Positions 58,771 through 64,000 of a stretch of DNA of 64,000 nucleotides are shown one piece after another (the stretch's first letter is position 1; each line of letters begins with the position of its first letter). The notes under the pieces were generated by a model. The model ran no database searches. It saw nothing but the letters and a program-made list of their open reading frames with translations, and was not told where the DNA came from. The translations under genes and the position numbers were made by a program. The DNA is taken from NCBI GenBank assembly GCA_002269645.1, contig NIVC01000092.1:186001-250000 (forward strand). The letters are read 5' to 3'. The DNA comes from Macrostomum lignano. Lineage: Eukaryota.

Positions 58771-58793
58771 AGATACAACCCATCCACCCGCAG

Positions 58794-59300
58794 ATTCCTG
58801 CAGCCGGACTCAGACGCAGTGCTGGAACTGGAGGAGAACAGCGAGTACAGCTCCAGCAGCGATTCTCACGTCATCCGCCGGGCCACCCTCAACAAGCTGG
58901 TAGAGAAGATGACCCAGGGGCCCGGCGGCATTGACAACCGCCTCATGCCGGTATTTCTCATGACCTACCGATCGTTTTGCACTCCTCAGCACCTGATGGA
59001 GAAGCTGATTGCCCGCTTCAGCATCCCGGATTACTCGTACGCAGATTTTCAAACAAGTCCGGACATGCCAATGTCGCAGGCGCAGTCGAGGAAACGCGAA
59101 TTCGAAAACGCCTATTGTCGTCGGGTCCGATTGCGCGTACTGAAGGTGATGAACACCTGGGTTAGCGAGTACTTTCACGACTTCGTACTCTGCCCCGAGT
59201 TGGTGGGCAGAATGCGCGAATTCCTGTGCGGCCCGCTGGTTGAGCGGCACTACGATATTAAGAAATTTCAAGCCCCCAGTCTGCTGAAGAACTTGGAAAG
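58794..59300 (+). CDS. Sos: Sos exon 8 (REM domain)
   Basis: IRRATLNKLVEKMT...FLMTYRSFCTPQHLMEKLIARFSIP...VRLRVLKVMNTWVSEYFHDF; donor AG|GTAGCT. Confidence 0.92.
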
Positions 59301-59359
59301 GTAGCTATCTGTCTCTGTATGTCTGTCTGTGTGTCCCATTTAACCTTTCGAGAGTTCCC

Positions 59360-59690
59360 CTTTATACCCATAGAATCGCGACTGGGATTCCCTTTATTGA
59401 ATTGCCACTGGGATTCCCCACTATTAAATCGCCGTTGGGATTCCCTATCTTAGAATCGCCACTTGGATTCACCTTATTGAATTGCCACTGGGATTCCCGT
59501 CTTTAGAATCGCGTTTGAGATTCCCCACTATAGAATCGCCGTTGGGATTCCCCACTATAGAATCGCCGTTGGGATTCCCCATTATAGAATCGCCATTGGG
59601 ATTCCCTATCTTAGAATCGCCACTTGGATTCACCTTATTGAATTGCCACTGGGATTCCCGTCTATAGAATCGCCGTTGGGATTCCCCTCT
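59360..59690. repeat. 22-bp minisatellite TAGAATCGCCGTTGGGATTCCC-type, Sos intron 8
   Basis: Degenerate tandem units. Confidence 0.88.
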
Positions 59691-59742
59691 AGAGCCTCAT
59701 CTCACAACCACTATACAACTGCCTTCCTTTCTAATCGCAAAG

Positions 59743-60088
59743 GCGATTCAAAGGCGAGTCGCCATCGCAAGAGACGCCGTCGCCCGCCGACTGCCCGGAG
59801 GTTCTCTGGCATACGACCAGCGATCCCCAAGACTTCAACTTAATGTCGCTGCACCCATTGGAACTGGCTCGCCAAATCACTCTGTACATGTTCAGTCTGT
59901 ACCAGCGCATCCAGCCCTGGGAGCTGGTCACCGGCGACTGGATGAAGACTAACGAGAAACAGCGCAAAGCGCCCAATGTGCACGCCCTGATTCGCTACAC
60001 TAATCGGCTCACCTGGTGGTGCTGCAGTAACATTCTCAGCACGCCAAATCTGGAGGAGAGGCGCTACGTTCTGCTGCGGGTCTACGAG
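59743..60088 (+). CDS. Sos: Sos exon 9 (CDC25/RasGEF domain start)
   Basis: VLWHTTSDPQDFNLMSLHPLELARQITL...YQRIQPWELVTGDWMK...APNVHALIRYTNRLTWW; donor GAG|GTTAGA. Confidence 0.92.
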
Positions 60089-60099
60089 GTTAGACCAGG

Positions 60100-60745
60100 A
60101 TTCGCTGGGGATTGCGGGCGATTCCTCATGATTGGCTGGGGATTGTGGGCGATTCCTCATGATTGGCTGAGGATTGTGGGCGATTCCTCATGATTGACTG
60201 GGGATTGTGGGCGATTCCTCATGATTCGCTGGGGATTGCGGGCGATTCCTCATGATTGGCTGAGGATTGTGGGCGATTCCTCATGATTGACTGGGGATTG
60301 TGGGCGATTCCTCATGATTCGCTGGGGATTGCGGGCGATTCCTCATGATTGGCTGGGGATTGTGGGCGATTCCTCATGATTGGCTGGGGATTGTGGGCGA
60401 TTCCTCATGATTGGCTGGGGATTGTGGGCGATTCCTCATGATTCGCTGGGGATTGCGGGCGATTCCTCATGATTGGCTGGGGATTGTGGGCGATTCCTCA
60501 TGATTGGCTGGGGATTGTGGGCGATTCCTCATGATTGGCTGGGGATTGTGGGCGATTCCTCATGATTGGCTGGGGATTGTGGGCGATTCCTCATGATTGG
60601 CTGGGGGTTGTGGGCGATTCTTCATGATTGGCTGGGGATTGTGGGCGATTCCTCCTGATTGGCTGGAGACTGTGGGCGATTCTTCATGATTGGCTGGGGA
60701 TTGTGGGGGATTCTTCATGATTGGCTGGGGATTGTGGGGGATTCT
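60100..60745. repeat. 31-bp minisatellite GATTCCTCATGATTGGCTGGGGATTGTGGGC, Sos intron 9
   Basis: Direct reading. Confidence 0.97.
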
Positions 60746-60846
60746 TCAAGAGATTATAAAAGGTCGAACAGCGATTCTCAAAGGAATTAAGGGGCAATCT
60801 TTCGTGGTTCTCTACCACCGATTAGCAATGCTTTACCCTCTCGCAG

Positions 60847-60999
60847 ATTATGAGGCACTTTCGCGATCTCAACAATTTCCTTGGCCTGGCAGCCTTGGAC
60901 AGCGTCTTTGTGAACTCGTCCGTGCAGTACATTAGGCTGCAGCACACCTGGAAACTGATTAAAAACGGCCGGGAGAACTCATTCTTGCAGCAGATGCAG
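60847..60999 (+). CDS. Sos: Sos exon 10 (CDC25)
   Basis: IMRHFRDLNNFLGLAALDSVFVNSSVQYIRLQHTW; donor CAG|GTGAGC. Confidence 0.9.
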
Positions 61000-61094
61000 G
61001 TGAGCGAGCTTTTTGTTGGCGGAAAATATATCTCACTTTTATGTCAGAGAATCTGTTTGATTGCTCATCCCTATCTCATCTCAAATAAATCTCC

Positions 61095-61875
61095 CCCCTA
61101 TCTCAGCGAATCTCACCCAATCTCAGCAAATCTCACCTCAATCGCAGCAAATCTCACCCCAATCTCAGCAAATCTCACACCAATATCAGCGAATCTCACT
61201 ATAATCTCAGCGAATCTCACCATAATCTCAGCGAATCTCACTATAATCTCAGCAAATCTCACCCGAGTCTCAGCGAATCTCATCCTATTCTCAAGCGAAT
61301 CTCACTCTAATCTCAGAAAATCTCATCTAAGTCTCAGCGAATTTCACCCCAATCTCAGCGAATCTCACCCAAAGTCTCGGTAAATCTCACCATAATCTCA
61401 GCGAATCTCACCCCAAGTCTCGGTGAATCTCACCATAATCTCAGCGAATCTCTCTCCAGTCTCTGTGAATCTCACATCTCGTTGACTTTCAACCGCATCA
61501 CAATCAAATCTTTCCCCTGTCTCAATCGAATCTAACCCCTGTCTCAATCGAATCTCACACTGTCTCAATCGAACCCCCCTGTCTCAATCGAATCTCACCC
61601 TGTCTCAATCGAACCCCCTTGTCTCATCGAATCTCACCCCTGTCTCAATCGAATCCCACCCCTGTCTCAATCGAATCTCACCCTGTCTCAATCGAATCCC
61701 ACCCCTGTCTCAATCGAATCTCACCCCTGTCATAATCGAATCTCACCCCTTTCTCAATTAAATCTCACCCTGTCTCAATCGAATCTCACCCCTTTCTCAA
61801 TCGAATCTCACCTCTGTCTCAATCGAATCTTACCCCTATCTCAATTTAATCTAACCCTGTCTCATCCAATTCACC
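61095..61875. repeat. 21-22 bp AATCTCACC-core minisatellites, Sos intron 10
   Basis: Two successive related unit types. Confidence 0.9.
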
Positions 61876-61884
61876 TCACCCCAG

Positions 61885-62190
61885 GAGCTGGTCAGCAACA
61901 GCAACAATCTGGCCAAGTACGATGAGCTGCTCCGCTCTCTGTCCAGCGCCTGCGTGCCCAACCTGCGCTACCACCTGAGCTGCATATTCCGCATCCTGGA
62001 AATCAATCGAGCCAGGCAGAAAGAGTCGCCAGAATCGCTGCAGCTGCTCTGCGATGCCGAGGCCGATTCCACCGTTCTGGTGCCGTTCTTTCGCTATCGT
62101 CAAGTTGCCGACCGAATCGACGAACTGTTCAGGGCCAAGGACACGGCCTACCAGCTGCGGGAGGTGCCCGAGATTCAGCAGTTTGTGCAG
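61885..62190 (+). CDS. Sos: Sos exon 11 (CDC25 helical hairpin); the gene continues beyond the window
   Basis: LAKYDELLRSLSSACVPNLRYHL...LVPFFRYRQVADRIDELFRAKDTAYQL; donor CAG|GTAAAG. Confidence 0.88.
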
Positions 62191-64000
62191 GTAAAGCTTC
62201 AGGAGTCATTTAACTAATGCTTCAGGGTCATTCAGATAAAGCTTCAGGGATCATTCAGATAAAGCTTCAGGGTCATTCAGATAAAGCTTCAGGGATCATT
62301 CAGATAAAGCTTCAGGGTCATTCAGATAAAGCTTCAGGGATCATTCAGATAAAGCTTCAGGGTCATTCAGATAAAGCTTCAGGGGTCATTCAGATAAAGC
62401 TTCAGGGTCATTCAGATAAAGCTTCAGGGATCATTCAGATAGAGCTTCAGAGGTCATTCAGATCAAACTTCAGGAGTCATTTAGCTAAAGCTTCAGGGTC
62501 ATTCATATAAAGCTTCAGGGGTCATTCAAATAAAGCTTCAGTAGTCATTTAGCTAATGCTTCAGAGTCATTCAGATAAGCTTCAGGGTCATTCAGATTAA
62601 GCTTCAGGATCATTCAGATAAAGCTTCAGGGGTCATTCCGATTAAGCTTCAGGGTCATTCAGATAAAGCTACAGGGATCATTCAGATAAAGCTTCAGGGT
62701 CATTCAGATAAAGCTTCAGGGTCATTCAGATAAAGCTACAGGGATCATTCAGATAAAGCTTCAGGGTCATTCAGATAAAGCTTCAGGGTCATTCAGATAA
62801 AGCTACAGGGATCATTCAGATAAAGCTTCAGGGTCATTCAGATAAAGCTTCAGGGTCATTCAGATAAAGCTTCAGGGTCATTCAGATAAAGCTTCAGGGT
62901 CATTCAGATAAAGCTTCAGGGGTCATTCAGATAAAGCTTCAGGGTCATTCAGATAAAGCTTCAGGGATCATTCAGATAGAGCTTCAGAGGTCATTCAGAT
63001 CAAACTTCAGGAGTCATTTAGCTAAAGCTTCAGGGTCATTCATATAAAGCTTCAGGGGTCATTCAAATAAAGCTTCAGTAGTCATTTAGCTAATGCTTCA
63101 GAGTCATTCAGATAAGCTTCAGGGTCATTCAGATTAAGCTTCAGGATCATTCAGATAAAGCTTCAGGGGTCATTCAGATAAAGCTTCAGAGGTCATTCAG
63201 ATAAAGCTACAGGGTCATTCCGATTAAGCTTCAGGGTCATTCAGATAAAGCTTCAGGGTCATTCAGATAAAGCTTCAGGGTCATTCAGATAAGCTTCAGG
63301 GTCATTCAGATTAAGCTTCAGGATCATTCAGATAAAGCTTCAGGGGTCATTCAGATAAAGCTTCAGAGGTCATTCAGATAAAGCTACAGGGTCATTCAGA
63401 TAGAGCTTCAGGGTCATTCAGATAAAGCTTCAGGGTCATTCAGATAAAGCTTCAGGGTCATTCAGATAAAGCTTCAGGGTCATTCAGATAAAGCTTCAGG
63501 GTCATTCAGATAAAGCTACAGGGATCATTCAGATAAAGCTTCAGGGTCATTCAGATAAAGCTTCAGGGTCATTCAGATAAAGCTTCAGGGGTCATTCAGA
63601 TAAAGCTTCAGGGGTCATTCAGATAAAGCTTCAGGGTCATTCAGATTAAGCTTCAGGGTCATTCAGATAAAGCTTCAGGGTCATTCAGATAAAGCTTCAG
63701 GGTCATTCAGATAGAGCTTCAGAGGTCATTCAGATCAAACTTCAGGAGTCATTTAGCTAAAGCTTCAGGGTCATTCAGATAGAGCTTCAGGGTCATTCAG
63801 ATAAAGCTTCAGGGTCATTCAGATAAAGCTTCAGGGTCATTCAGATAAAGCTTCAGGGTCATTCAGATAAAGCTTCAGGGTCATTCAGATAGAGCTTCAG
63901 AGGTCATTCAGATCAAACTTCAGGAGTCATTTAGCTAAAGCTTCAGGGTCATTCAGATAAAGCTTCAGGGTCATTCAGATAGAGCTTCAGGGTCATTCAG
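62191..64000. repeat. 22-bp satellite GGGTCATTCAGATAAAGCTTCA, Sos intron 11, running off the window
   Basis: Direct reading; larger duplicated blocks are present. Confidence 0.97.

Noticed and set aside
1-64000. tRNA, rRNA, snRNA or spliced-leader RNA genes
   Set aside because: None recognised by eye; the only tRNA-related match is the retrotransposon PBS. A covariance-model search was not possible.

Overview
Eukaryotic (animal) genomic window, not prokaryotic. It has GC-rich spliced exons with poly-Q/poly-A tracts, and almost every intron is filled with its own minisatellite, a style that suggests a free-living flatworm such as Macrostomum (inference only). Four intron-containing genes were reconstructed by hand with phase-consistent GT-AG junctions: the 3' part of a p130Cas/BCAR1-family adaptor (+, <1-2212), a short four-finger hunchback-like gene (+, 5149-5981), a complete 7-exon Na+/Ca2+ exchanger (-, 24412-8103, 809 aa) and 11 exons of a divergent Son of sevenless (+, 51007->62190, continuing past the window). 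Mobile DNA: an intact RTE-clade LINE, two non-autonomous hAT elements with 8-bp TSDs, a TA-flanked MITE in two copies, a Tc1 transposase relic, and a truncated BEL/Pao LTR element with a tRNA-iMet-type PBS. The most striking observation is the LINE 5' end. It carries an HDV-like ribozyme core overlapping the ORF start and is fused to 68 perfect 17-bp units plus 8 16-bp units that extend the 5' arm of an adjacent hairpin. A 7-bp candidate target-site duplication encloses LINE and array together.
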